Source of the DNA: the human T2T-CHM13v2.0 reference genome, Homo sapiens
Direction: 5' to 3' (one strand)
Assembly (NCBI RefSeq): GCF_009914755.1
Contig: NC_060948.1
Length of the DNA: 64,000 bases
Part shown: in pieces, positions 41,270 through 55,709 of the stretch
Layout: each line of letters starts with the position of its first letter
How positions within the stretch are numbered: position 1 is the first letter of the stretch
Notes under the pieces: generated by a model
Told to the model about the DNA's origin: nothing
Database searches by the model: none
Seen by the model: only the letters and a program-made list of their open reading frames with translations
Position numbers and translations under genes: made by a program

Positions 41270-43110
41270 TGCAGCTTCTGTGGATGACACAAGCCCTGGA
41301 GGATGCTGAAGAGGATCACTCAGGAGGCTGAGCGAATCTTGCTCTGGACACAGACACCATTTACTCCATGTAATTTGTTCCTTGCTATGCTCTGTGTTGT
41401 ACATTGCAGCTTGTGTAGGGTATTGATCCTTTGTATGCTCTCGCTTTGTCTGCAGCCTGTACCTGCTACACCTCTATTGGGCTCATCTCTTACACCCATC
41501 TTTCTTTCGCCTTGTCACCTGGGCAGACACCCCCTTCCCAGCCTCTAATAATGTAACTGCTTGGCTAGGAGGGATAGATTTACTCCCACTGGGGTTCCTC
41601 ATTAATGGCACACATTGGACTAAGGTGCGGGGTAACACTACATATCATCCCACTATCCTCCCACTGTATGTAAATTGTAAAAGTTCTACCCCTTACTGTG
41701 TACCCGCCCAAACACAAGTATGGCTACATCATGGCAAAGGAAATGTCTTAACAGGCTTACTTGCATATAGCCTTAAACTAGGCAATGCAATCAATGCCAC
41801 TTTCTCAAACATTCCTCACTGTGCTAAAGAACAAAAGCAAGAAAGTAATGGATTCCACTTTAGCTGAGAGGTCTGTCATGGGGAATAAGCTCGTAGCCTC
41901 CAGTTAGGCAATTGTAACATCTTAAACTGGAGCCCCCATAGCTGTTTGTAGGGTAATCATACTGATGTCCTTGTCTGTCGTGATATCAATGACAGTTTTG
42001 TAGCCACGTCCCATTCCCCTATAATTTGGTTCAAAATGGGGATGGCATGTCTCCATCCTCAAGTAAAGTCCATGCCACCCCAAGACACTTTACGGTGCCT
42101 GGGGCATCTTAGCACCCCTTTTAACACCTGGGATGGGACATATCATAATTCCAGTCACAATTATACTGTGACCTTTTTTCATAATCACCCTGATCAGTGC
42201 CTGATTTGCACACTACCCATTCATATGTTTTTCTTATGGGAGCCAATATTTCTATTATACCCCAAAACTCCACGTTTGTGACCCTCATGCAGGGACAGGC
42301 TTGGTTTGCCTCTTGTATCTCTAATTATAATGTATCTAATTTAAATATTACTAGGGTCATGGTATTGAGGAGACCATCTGACACCATCCTACCAGTCAAT
42401 TTAACCTGTGATTGGCAAGGGCAGGGAAGCTCAGAACATGCCCTGTCCCAGATCAGACACAAAAGATTCATAGTTACACTTATAGCCTTTATAGTCTCAA
42501 CCATAATCATCCTAGCAACTGCTAGTGTTGCTGTAGCATCTGTTACTGAATCAGTACAAACGGCTACTTTTCTAGATAATTTGGCCAGAAAGTTGTCTAA
42601 GAATCTTCTCTTATAGCAAGGTATAGATCTAAAGATTCCTGCATGTCTGCAAGCCCTTGAGGCTGCCTTGGAATATGTGGGGGAGTGACAGGACGCACTG
42701 GCATTCTGACAGCAATTAAAATGCAACTGGGAGCATAAACATGTCTCTGTTATTTCTCAACCATGGAATCAATTAATACATAGCTAGGATAAGGTGAAAC
42801 AGCACCTCTGGGGAGTCTTTCATGACAATTTAACAGTAGCCATAAAACAACATAAAACTAAAATTCCAGAACCCCTAAACGCCGTAGATCTACACGCACA
42901 ACAAACAGCCATATGGGAGGTTGTGTGAGATCATCTCTCCTGGATAGACCCCCCCAACTGCCGTGGGTCACTGCTTGATTGTAAAAGAATTTTGCTAATT
43001 ATATTCATGTTTGTCTTATTTACTAATTCTAGGATGCAAAGCCGGAATATGAGCAGTGACTGCCACCCCTGACAGACCTGTTGCATCTGTACTCTTCACT
43101 CAACAAAATC
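41270..43110 (+). pseudogene. HML-5 env remnant
   Basis: Signal region (PFTPCNLFLAML), furin site RHKR, fusion peptide, heptad LQALEAALEYVG; multiple stops. Confidence 0.85.
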
Positions 43111-43302
43111 TGATGCAAAAAAAACAGAAACGGGGGAGATGTAGCAATTTGTTCAGGGTGGTGGGAGAAATTATAAGAGGAAATTATATGAAAAACACAA
43201 ACTTTCTTGGAAGGACAGGTTTTGAAAAAGCTTTAGGAAAGGTTTATGGCTGAAGGCAGCCTGATCCTCTTACCTTGAGCTAATAGTAAAAAGCAAATAA
43301 CA

Positions 43303-43548
43303 TCAGGAGGCCAAGGCAGGCGGATCACGAGTTCAAGAGTTTGAGACTATTTTGGCCAACATGGTGAAACCCCATGTCTACTACAAATGCAAAAATTACC
43401 TGGGTGTGGTGATGCGCACCTGTAATCCCAGCTACTCAGGAAGCTGAGGCAGGAGAATCACTGGAACTCAGGAAGAGGACGTTGCAGTGAGCTGAGATCA
43501 TGCAACTGCTCTCCAGCCTGGCAATAGAGCAAGACTGTCAAAAAAACA
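43303..43548 (+). mobile_element. 5'-truncated AluS inserted in the HML-5 3' LTR
   Basis: 15-bp TSD AAAAAGCAAATAACA at 43288-43302 and 43549-43563; absent from the 5' LTR. Confidence 0.9.
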
Positions 43549-44196
43549 AAAAAGCAAATAACAAGGGAATGTAGAGGAGTTATAGCTTGTTTACTTATGT
43601 TGTCCTAAAACTGACTCTGATCATTTGCATGCAAGACTGCTTTCTTTGTGGAGGGCGACGAAGTTAATTACCCACAAGTGTGTTGACTCAAAGCCTTTGT
43701 TATTAAATCTGTGCTGAATAAATGACTGTAGCACCAGCATGTCAGGGCTGTGGCTGCTGACTATGGCACCCTCCTTAGTGTCTGTAGACAGCCCAGTCCC
43801 CTAGCCCACTCTTTCACTGGGTACCTGTGTCTGAGTGCATTTGTTCATCTATTGTTTGGCCAGGGTCTGTGGGTCAGACCCAGCATTACTCCAGCAGAGG
43901 ATTGGGATGTTTCATTATTGCCTGGTGCAATGGATATTCACACCTGGACTTTGTTGGCTTGGGTAGGTTTTTTGTTTTGCTTTGTTTTGTGTTGTGTTCT
44001 TTGGCTAAAGTAGTGTGACTATTGCATAAAAGATTTTTGTCTTAGTATGGTGTCCGTTTCCTGTCCCTGTGGCTAGAGAAGGTGGGCTTTGGGGAGACAT
44101 TTTTGTTTGGGCCTATTTACAGTTTTTAGTACTGACTCCTTCAGGACTAAGACATGTGAAATGTGAAAACCAACATGTGAAAATGTGCATTAGAGA

Positions 44197-44480
44197 CAGG
44201 GTGCTGTGGCTCACTGCTGTAATCCCAGCACTTTGGGAGGCTAAGGCGGGTGAATCACCTGCGGCTAGGAGTTCCAGACCAGCCTGTCAATATGGTAACA
44301 TGGTGAAACCCCATCTCCACAAAAGTTTACCGGGTGTGGTAATACACATCTGTAATCCCACCTACTTGAGATGCTGAGATATGAGAATTGCTTGAACCCA
44401 GAGGTGGAGGTTATAGTGAGCCAAAATTGTGCCACTGTACTTGGGCCTGGGCAATAGAGTGAGACTATCTCAAAAAAATA
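44197..44480 (+). mobile_element. Alu (old S/J)
   Basis: GTGGCTCACTGCTGTAATCCCAGCACTTTGGGAGG ... GAGACTATCTCAAAAAAA. Confidence 0.85.
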
Positions 44481-44995
44481 AGTCAGAGAAAAGAATAAAA
44501 ATGTGCATTAGAAGACATGAAAGGTGCACTCTTGCAGGAGGCAATTAAAGGCACAAACTTGCTGGACTGCTTTGTTAGATCAAAAATAGCCCTTGCTGAT
44601 GCCAGCTGTAAAATTCCACCATGTGCTGACAGTGATGCAGTCCATGAATATAATATCACATGAGCTTTATTACTCAAGATAACACAAATGATGATTATCA
44701 TGGTTACTGAGATGGCCTAGTAGATTTAAATTGTAATGAAGAGTTTTGCCAACTAAAATCCAAATTTAAAATAACTGGGGAAATGTAACTGAGAAAATAC
44801 TGAAATATGTAGTGTGTGTTAACCTTTCTCTAGATTTTCTATGTGTGTATGTGTGCGTGTGTGTGAGTTTGTGTGTGCATGTGTTCCCTCCTTTATGCCA
44901 TCCTAATTTGGGCCCTACTAGATTTATGCTAGACTATTTGAGAAGTTGCTTATTACCATTTCCTAACTCCAGTTCCTTTATTTTCTTTTGCCTGC

Positions 44996-45690
44996 TGTCA
45001 TGGTTTTGAATGTCCCCTCCAAATTTCACATTGAAATTCTCTGGCCATTGTGATAGTGTTGGGAAGTAGGACCTTTAAGAGGTGATTAGCCATGAGGGTG
45101 CACCCTCATGACTGGATTGAAGGTATTATCTGGAAAACAGGTTAATTATTGTCCAAGTGAGCTTTGGATCAAAGGATGACTTTGGCCCCAATTTTCTGTT
45201 CCTCATGTGACCTTCACCATATGATAGCCTCCTGCCATGTTGTAACATAGAAAGAAGGTCTCACCACATGCAGCCCCATGGACTTCCCAGCCTCTAGAAA
45301 CATCAGCAAAATAAGTCTCTTTACAAATTACCCAGTCAGGGCCAGGCGCGGTGGCTCACGCCTGTAATCCCAGCACTTTGGGAGGCCGGGGCGGGCAGAT
45401 CACGAGGTCAAGAGATTGAGACCATCCTGGCTAACACAGTGAAACCCTGTCTCTACTAAAAATACAAAAAATTGGCCGGGCGAGGTGGCGGGCGCCTGTA
45501 GTCCCAGCTACTCGGGAGGCGGAGGCAGGAGAATGGCGTGAACCCCAGGGGGCGGAGCCTGCAGTGAGCCGAGATCCTGCCACTGCACTCCAGCCTGGGA
45601 GACAGCGGGACTCCGTCTCAAAAAAAAAAAAAAAAAAAAAAAAAAATTACCCAGTCAATGGTATTTTGTTCTTGGAGCAGCAAGTAGACT
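44996..45690 (+). mobile_element. MST/MLT1A-type MaLR solo LTR, interrupted by an AluY
   Basis: TGTCATGGTTTTGAATGTCCCCTCCAAA ... GACCTTTAAGAGGTGATTAG ... GGACTTCCCAGCCTCTAGAA ... AAATTACCCAGTC. Confidence 0.75.
45340..45643 (+). mobile_element. Young AluY (AluYe-like)
   Basis: CpG-rich, GGGCGAGGTGGCGGGCGCC and GAACCCCAGGGGGCGGAGCCTGC diagnostics, pure A tail, TSD AAATTACCCAGTCA (45325-45338, 45644-45657). Confidence 0.88.
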
Positions 45691-45998
45691 AAAACCGTCT
45701 ATTATTTATTCCTTTTTAGGTAACTAAATAAACTAACTTACAAAGGAGCATGTCAAATTTCCTGTCAAATTGTCAAAAAGCCCATAAATGTTTTTAAAAC
45801 GTAGTACAATAGCCTGCCATTGAAATAAAACTCCATTTTACTCTTAGCCACATTTTTAGAAATAAGTAAAAAACAACCATAAAGGTGAACATGTAATTTT
45901 ATTGTTCAGTAAAAGAAATACAGGAATTTTTAATTTTTTGTCAATATAAATTTCAATCACTGTTGTGCTGCGTAAGTTGGCCCTCCTCTGATGGAAGT

Positions 45999-49032
<3,034 letters not shown>

Positions 49033-50700
49033 CTCAAACAAATTTTTCTTCAGCTACTCTTCCAGCCTGCATGGTTTTTAACACTGCACTTCAAATGCTG
49101 CCTCAGTAAGTCTATGCAGGTAAAGTAATCTAGGCCATTACAGTGGTTCTCAACTTTAGTACCAATGATATCACAAGAGGACTTTTGTCTTCTAGCAACA
49201 AATGTTAAAAAAAAAAAAAAAAATAGCCAAAAGTGTTTCCTTCCGAGTCTGAGAAATGTATCCAGTAAAAATAAAATGTAGCCTGAGTACTTACACTGTG
49301 CAATCTGCACAATCTCACTCCTGCAGAATCTTTTAAGTAAATAAGGAAATAAATAATGTCCTAAATCCCTGAAATAAATATGCTTTTCTCCCTTACACAT
49401 ATGCTCTTAATAAATTGGTGCCAGAACTATACGGCCTGGTAATTGGGCAATGCAAAAAAAAAAAAAAAAAAAAAAAATTTAAAAAGTTATGTTTATTTAA
49501 AACTAGAATGTGTATATAACATATATATTGTAAGGCATAAATTTGTTATACTCATGTGATTTAAACTATAATTATATTTAATAAAATGGTTATTTATATA
49601 TTTTACATAGTACTCTTTTAAATATATAAAAAGCTTTCCATAGTCATGTGAATGGGATATTTTAGTTAATGTTTATAAATATTTCACAAATATTTATAAA
49701 GTAAAACGAGTTTAAACAATCATATATTTTATTAAAAAGGTACCAAAAATTAAATAAAAAATAACCACAGTTTTATAAGTAAAGTAATGTTACTATTAAA
49801 ACAGTAGTAAATGTATGTTAATATTCTACCCTGAACTTCACACACAAAAAAAAACTACAAAATCTTATGTTCATTACTTAAGTTCTGTATACTTAGTTTT
49901 TTTCTTCCCCTGCCTTAAGTCTTTCCAGTCCTAACAAGGAAGAGATCTACTAATTTTGTTTATAATTCACACTTCTGTAGGTTTTGTTAAATGTTCAATA
50001 AATGTTTTAATATTTATCATATTTTTAGGAGGCGGTTCTCTCATACCTAGAAAGAAGCATCATTATAAGGACATTTTATTAGTTTCACATTTTTAAAATG
50101 TAATATTTTATAAATTATCAGTATGTAATAGAAGTATTTTTCATTAACAATCTTTAGTATATACAATCATATGTAAAGCTATAATATTTAATTAGTGATT
50201 AACTACATGTAACATAATCCATATTGGACAAAAATAAAGGAGTTAAAACAGATCAAACGGGATCGGGCCAAAATGTTGGACTACAAGAGCTCACGTGTGC
50301 TGCTATCCCGGAGAGGAGATAGAAGGGCTAGCGAGCACTGACCCTGAAGGCTGATTATCTGAGAAACCACATTAGGATTCACCAAGGCAGCAGAGGAACA
50401 CAGATAGCAGAGAGAAGTGAAGTTGTTGTACACCAGCCTGTTTGGGTTCAGTGCAGATGGGACTAGGAGAATCTCCCTGACCCTCCTGCAACCCCATCAC
50501 AATTCTAGACTGAAGCAGAGAGCCATCTGGATGTTTTACAGGGCCACTCTACAAGTCTTGGGCCCTGCAACATACCAGCATCAGTGCCACATCCCCAGGA
50601 CAGGCCACAGTTGCAGTGCCTAGGAGAAATAAGATTGTATCACCCTCTGCTTGTTGGTTGAGGCTCGGTGCCTCAGTGCCAGCTTCCAGACCAGTGGTCC

Positions 50701-51354
50701 TCTTACAGTGAGTTAGATAGGCAGAAATGAGCATGGCAGGACAGAGTCCCAAAGAATATCAGGTGACTGTCAGGCAATTGTCAGGTGGCTGGAAACAGGA
50801 AGAAGACAATTTTCTAACAAACACAGGATGTCTTTGGCTTGTGGGCAATCACTGCCTGATAAAAACTGAAAATGGCTAAATGTTTGATCTTCCTCTAAGG
50901 GCATGCTCAGTCATCACAGGAAAGGGCAAAATGATGGTATGCAACCCTCATATGACCTTTCTCTGGGAACACTAGACCGGTAAGAGAAAATTACCCTAAG
51001 AGATCATGCACATAACTTTAACCACCAAATGATGCATGCAGTCCCTCCCCAAAATTGGCAATATCCTCCAAAGGCAGCAATTAGCCAACAGCAAATACAT
51101 AGAGAATAATGAGTAGATGAGACCAGATAAAAAAGATGATAATGTAAATTTATAGGACCCCTAAGCCAAACATTGTGTGGGACACTCAATTTTTTGAATT
51201 GCTCACCAGGTGCCTTCCAATTATACTTTTCTTTTTGCTTCAGTAAACTCTTGTTTCTGCCTTAAATCTACCTGTTCCTTTTGGCCAAATTATTTCTCCC
51301 AAGAAAACAATAATCAAAGGCTGTAGAACTCACTCAGTCTTGCTGCTGATAACA
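50701..51354 (+). mobile_element. Solo LTR, MER50-like (ERV1)
   Basis: TAGGCAGAAATGAGCATGGCAGGA start, AGTAAA poly(A) signal, TAACA end, TSD GTCC/GTCT. Confidence 0.7.
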
Positions 51355-51384
51355 GTCTCTTTGGCCCAAACTGGGCCATCCACT

Positions 51385-52620
51385 TCACACATCCCCACCA
51401 CTGATAATCAGGCAGGCAGTGTTTGCTAGAGATTTTACCCCAGTGGTCCCCCTTTTGTGTGAACTCAGCAGGAGGGGTAGATTCCTGTTAACTAGGGAAA
51501 CACCTGGAGAGCAGAACACACAACCCTCCACTGATAGCAAGGTGGGCAACTCTTGCAATAACCTCTGGCCCAGCAATCTCACTTCTGTCTAAACTCAGCT
51601 GGAGGACACAGCTTCATCTTGTCCCAGAAAACACTGAGATGGCATAGCATGTGACACCACCTGCCATTGCCACTGGCAATCAGGCAAACAAGGCTTGCTA
51701 CAGCTTTTGGCCCAGGGACTCCATTTCTGAATAAACTTCAGCTAGAGGTTGAAATTTGCTATTAACCTGGAAACACCTGGAAGCACAGTACCACCCTGTA
51801 TGCCACCACCATAGGTAGGCAGGTGGGCAATGCCTGCTAGAGCCTATGGCCCACTCACCCTGCTTCTGTGTGAGCCCAGCCAGTGGGCTCAACCTGTTGT
51901 CCCATGAAACATCTAGATGGCAGACCAGGTGACCGAACCCACCCCTACCAATGATAGCCAGGTGGCCAACATCTGCTAGAGCTTCTAGCCCAGTAGACCT
52001 GCTTCTGTATAGACTTACCTAGAGGGCATGACTTCCTCTTGTCCCAGAAAACACCTGGATAGTACCACCTATTCCTGACACTGGTATCCAGGCAGGCAGG
52101 GAGGCAGGCAATGCTTGCTAGAGATTCAGGCCCAGCAGACACCCCTCTGGGTAAATGCACCTGGAGGGCACAGCTTACTGTTGTCATGGGAGATACCCAA
52201 AACACCCAGAAAATGGAGTGTATGACTATACTCACCACTGCCACTGGCAACCAGCCAGCTTCCCTGCTTGGATATAAATTCAGCTAAAGGATACAGCTTT
52301 CTATTGTGCCAGGAAACACCTGAATGGCAGGGCAGACATTTCTACTCATTGGTCAGGCATTGGTGGTAGCGGGATGAGTCAAACCTGCTACAGCTTCCAG
52401 TCCAACAGTACTACCTCTGCCTGAATTTGCCAAGGGACACAGACTCCTGTTGTCTGTGTTCACTCCTAGATGGCAGGGTGGACAACTCCACCCACTCCCA
52501 CCACTTGTAGCCAGATGGGTCACACCCATTAATCCTTCCAACCAGTGGACTTGCTTCTACCTGATCTTGGAGGGCAGGCACAATTCTATTTCCCAAGGAA
52601 GCTTAGAAACAGTAGAATAT
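51385..52620 (+). repeat. Diverged tandem array, about 9 units of roughly 120-160 bp, inside the old L1 5' UTR
   Basis: Recurring CCACTG-TAGCCAGG-GCAA-TGCTAGAG-GGCCCAG-CTTCTG-AACTCAGC-GAGGG-ACAGCTT-TTGTCCCAGAAAACACCTGGA motif order. Confidence 0.8.
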
Positions 52621-52862
52621 AGCCAACTTTGCAAGGATACAGCTTGTTTGCCAACTGTGGCCTCTGCTTGAGGTAGCCCTGTGGACCCAAACGCCCAACA
52701 AAAGAAACATAGGCATGGAGACAGTAATTGAATTTGGTTGAATGGGTTGAAATTCTAGTTCACTCAAAGCCCCAGAGTGAACTAGAATTAAAGCCAGTCA
52801 ACCAAACACACTTTATGCCATAATCAACCCCCAAGGGGCATCAAACAAGAAAGAAGCAAAGA

Positions 52863-52930
52863 AAATAAATAAATAAATACATACATACATACATACATAC
52901 ATACATACATACATACATACATACATACAT
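52863..52930 (+). repeat. (TAAA)n(TACA)n microsatellite
   Basis: About 13 uninterrupted TACA units; a potential Y-STR. Confidence 0.95.
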
Positions 52931-54764
52931 AAAATTTAAAAAATAAAAAAATTATCCAAAAGTAGCAACTTCAAAGATTGAAGAAATGTCAGCCCACACA
53001 GATGGGAAAGTCCACTAGCTCTGGTAACTCAAAAAGTTTGAGTGTTTTTTTTACCTTCAACCCCAGCAATGGTTCTTAAACAGTCTGAAGTGGCTGAAAT
53101 GTCAGAAACAGAATTCAGAATATGGATAACACTAAAAATTAACAATATACAGGAGATAGCCAAACCCAATTAACCACAAAATCAGGCAAAAAACAATTCT
53201 CAGGAAATTCAGAAAAACTGAAATTAAACACACTGTTCAACCACACTGCAATACAAAATAAGAATTAATGCTCACAAAATCACTTCAAACTATACAATTA
53301 CATGGAAATTAAACAACCTACTACTGAATGACTTCTGAATAAACAATGAAATTAATGAAGAAATCAAGAAATTCTTTGAAACTAATGAGAACAAATTTAC
53401 AACATACCAGAACATGTGACAAAGGCATAGTAGTGTTAAAGGGGAACTTTACAGCACTGAATGCCCACATCAAAATTAGAAAAATCTCAGATTAACACCA
53501 TACATCACAATTATTAATAGGAGAATTGGAGAAACTAGGGGAACTAGAGAAAAAATAAACAAATCCCAAGGCTAAAAGATGACAAGAAGTAAGGTAAATT
53601 AGAGTTGAACTGAAAGAAATTGAGACACTGAAAACCATACAGCAGATCAATGAAATCAAGATCTACATTTTGAAGAATTAATAAGATGGATGTACTGCTA
53701 CCTAGAATAATAAATAGAAAAGACATAATTTAAATAAACAATGAGATACAACATTACCATTTGCCCCATAAAAATGTGAAAAACCCCCAGAGAATATTTT
53801 GAACCCCTCTATTCACATAAGTTATAAAACATTGACGAAATTTACTGGATAAATTACTGAAAACACACAACCTCTCAAGTCTGAAGTAGGAAGTAATTGA
53901 ATCCCTGAACAGACTGATAATGAGTTCCAAAATTGAGTAAGTGATAAAAAGCTTAGCAGAACAAAACGGAATAAATGGATACACAGCAGAATTCTACCAG
54001 ATGTATAAGGACAAACATACTATTTCTACTGAAAATATTATTTAAAAGTGAGAAGAACGAACTACCTATTTCATCAAGTGAGGGAAACATCATCCTGATA
54101 CCAAAATCTGGCAGAGACAAAAATAAAAATAAAACTTCAGGCTAATATTTGTGATGAACATTGATGTAAAAATACTCAACCAAATAATAGCAAATTGAAT
54201 AAAGCAGCACATTAAAAAGCTTATTTACCATTAACAGGTAGGCTTTTTCTCGGTTGTAAGGATGGCTCAACACATGGATAAAAATGAATGTGATTTACCA
54301 GATAAATGTAACTAAAAACAAAGAAAAGATTATCTAATAGATGCAGAAAAGACTTTCAATAAAATTTTACATTCCTTCAGGCTAAAAATCTTCAACAAAT
54401 TAGGCATTGAAGAAATATACTTCGAAATAATAACAGACATCCATGACAGATTCGTAGCCAACAGCACACAGAATGGCAATGTTGGCAACTTCCCCTTTCA
54501 GACCAGAGCAAGACCAGGGTTTTCTCTCTCACCACTCCCATTCAACATAGTACTGGAAGCCTTAGCCAGAGCATTCAGACAAGAGGAAAAAAAGAAAAGA
54601 CCTCCAAATAGGAAAAGAGAAAGTTAAAAAATTCCTGTTTTCAGATGATATGATTCTATATCTAGAAAACCCCATAGTTTTTGCACAAAATCTCTCTTAC
54701 ATGATTAAAAAAAATTAGCAAATTTTTAGGACACAAAATCAATGTATGAAAATCAGTGTCCTTC

Positions 54765-55709
54765 AAATCAGGAAGATGGCCAAATAGGAACAGCTACGAT
54801 CTGCAGCTCCAGCAAGATCAACACAGAAGAAGGGTGATTTTCGCATTTCCAACTGAGGTACATGGTTCTTCTCACTGGAATGGTTGGACAGTTGGTGCAG
54901 CTCATGGAGGGTGAGCTGAAGCAGGGCAGGGCATCATCTTACACAGGAAGTGCAAGGGGTTGGGAGATTTCCCTTTCCTGGCCAAGGGAAGCCATGACAG
55001 CCTGTACCTGGAGAAATGTACACTCTTGACGAAATACTGTGCTTTTTCCCACACTCTTAGCAAGCGGCAGACCTGGAGCTACCCTCCCGTGCCTGGCTCG
55101 GCAGGTTCCATGCCCATGGAGACTTGCTCACTGCTAGCACAGCAGTCTGAGATAAACCTGTGATGCTGCAGCTTGACAGGCCATCCACCATCACTGAGGC
55201 TTGAGTAGTTCACAGTGTAAATAAAGTGGCTGGGAAGCACAAACTGGGTGGAGCCCAACACAGCTCAGTGCAGCCTACTGCCTCTATAGATTCCACCTCT
55301 GGGGACAGGCGATAGTGGAACAAAAGGCAGAAGACAGCTTCTGCAGACTTAAGCATCCCTGTCCAACAGCTCTGAAGAGAGCAGTTGTTCTCTCAGCACG
55401 GCATTCAATCTCCAAGAATGGAAAGACTACCTCCTCAACCCCTGTCTAGCCTGACTGGGAAACATCTCCCAGTAGGGGTCAACAGACACCTCAAACAGGT
55501 GGGTAGCCATCTGGGACAAACCTTGCAGAAAAAGGATCAGACAGCAATATTTGCTGTTCTGCAGCCTCCCCTGCAGATGATACCCAGGCAAACTTGTCTG
55601 GAGTGGACTCTAGCAAACTCCAACAGACGTGCAGCTGAGGGGACTGATTGTTAGAATGAAAACTAACAAACAGAAAGGAATAGTATCAATATCAACAAAA
55701 AGGACATCT
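54765..55709 (+). mobile_element. L1PA7/8-type 5' UTR, interrupted before ORF1
   Basis: AAGATGGCCAAATAGGAACAGCT start through AAACAGAAAGGAATAG..AAAAAGGACATC. Confidence 0.85.

Larger units (their letters stand above)
38624..43885 (+). mobile_element. HERV-K(HML-5)/HERVK22 provirus with LTR22-type LTRs and a large gag-pro-RT deletion
   Basis: LTRs 38624-39122 and 43140-43885 (TG...CA); 6-bp TSD CTACTC/TTACTC; Met-like PBS; PPT AAAACAGAAACGGGGGAGA; betaretroviral RT thumb (LNDYQKLLSDIN), RNase H (FTDGS), IN (NQLWQTVVTH, IKTDNS) and TM (RHKR|FIVTLIAF). Confidence 0.92.
50258..54758 (+). mobile_element. Old primate L1 (L1PREC2/L1PA13-16-like): long 5' UTR, ORF1 start near 53002, internal deletion, ORF2 part
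   Basis: GGCCAAAATGTTGGACTACAAG 5' end; CCCAGCAATGGTTCTTAA..GAATTCAGAATATGGATA ORF1 start; jump to ORF2 endonuclease region near 53170. Confidence 0.72.

Noticed and set aside
38624-43885. APOBEC3 hypermutation of the proviruses (several Trp-to-stop changes)
   Set aside because: Too few sites judged by eye and no consensus alignment; old neutral transitions explain them equally well.
49440-50250. Very AT-rich block upstream of the HSFY pseudogene
   Set aside because: No periodicity or identifiable element; low complexity only.
51385-52620. CRISPR-like reading of the repeat array
   Set aside because: Eukaryotic context, whole units are homologous with no unique spacers, and there are no cas genes.
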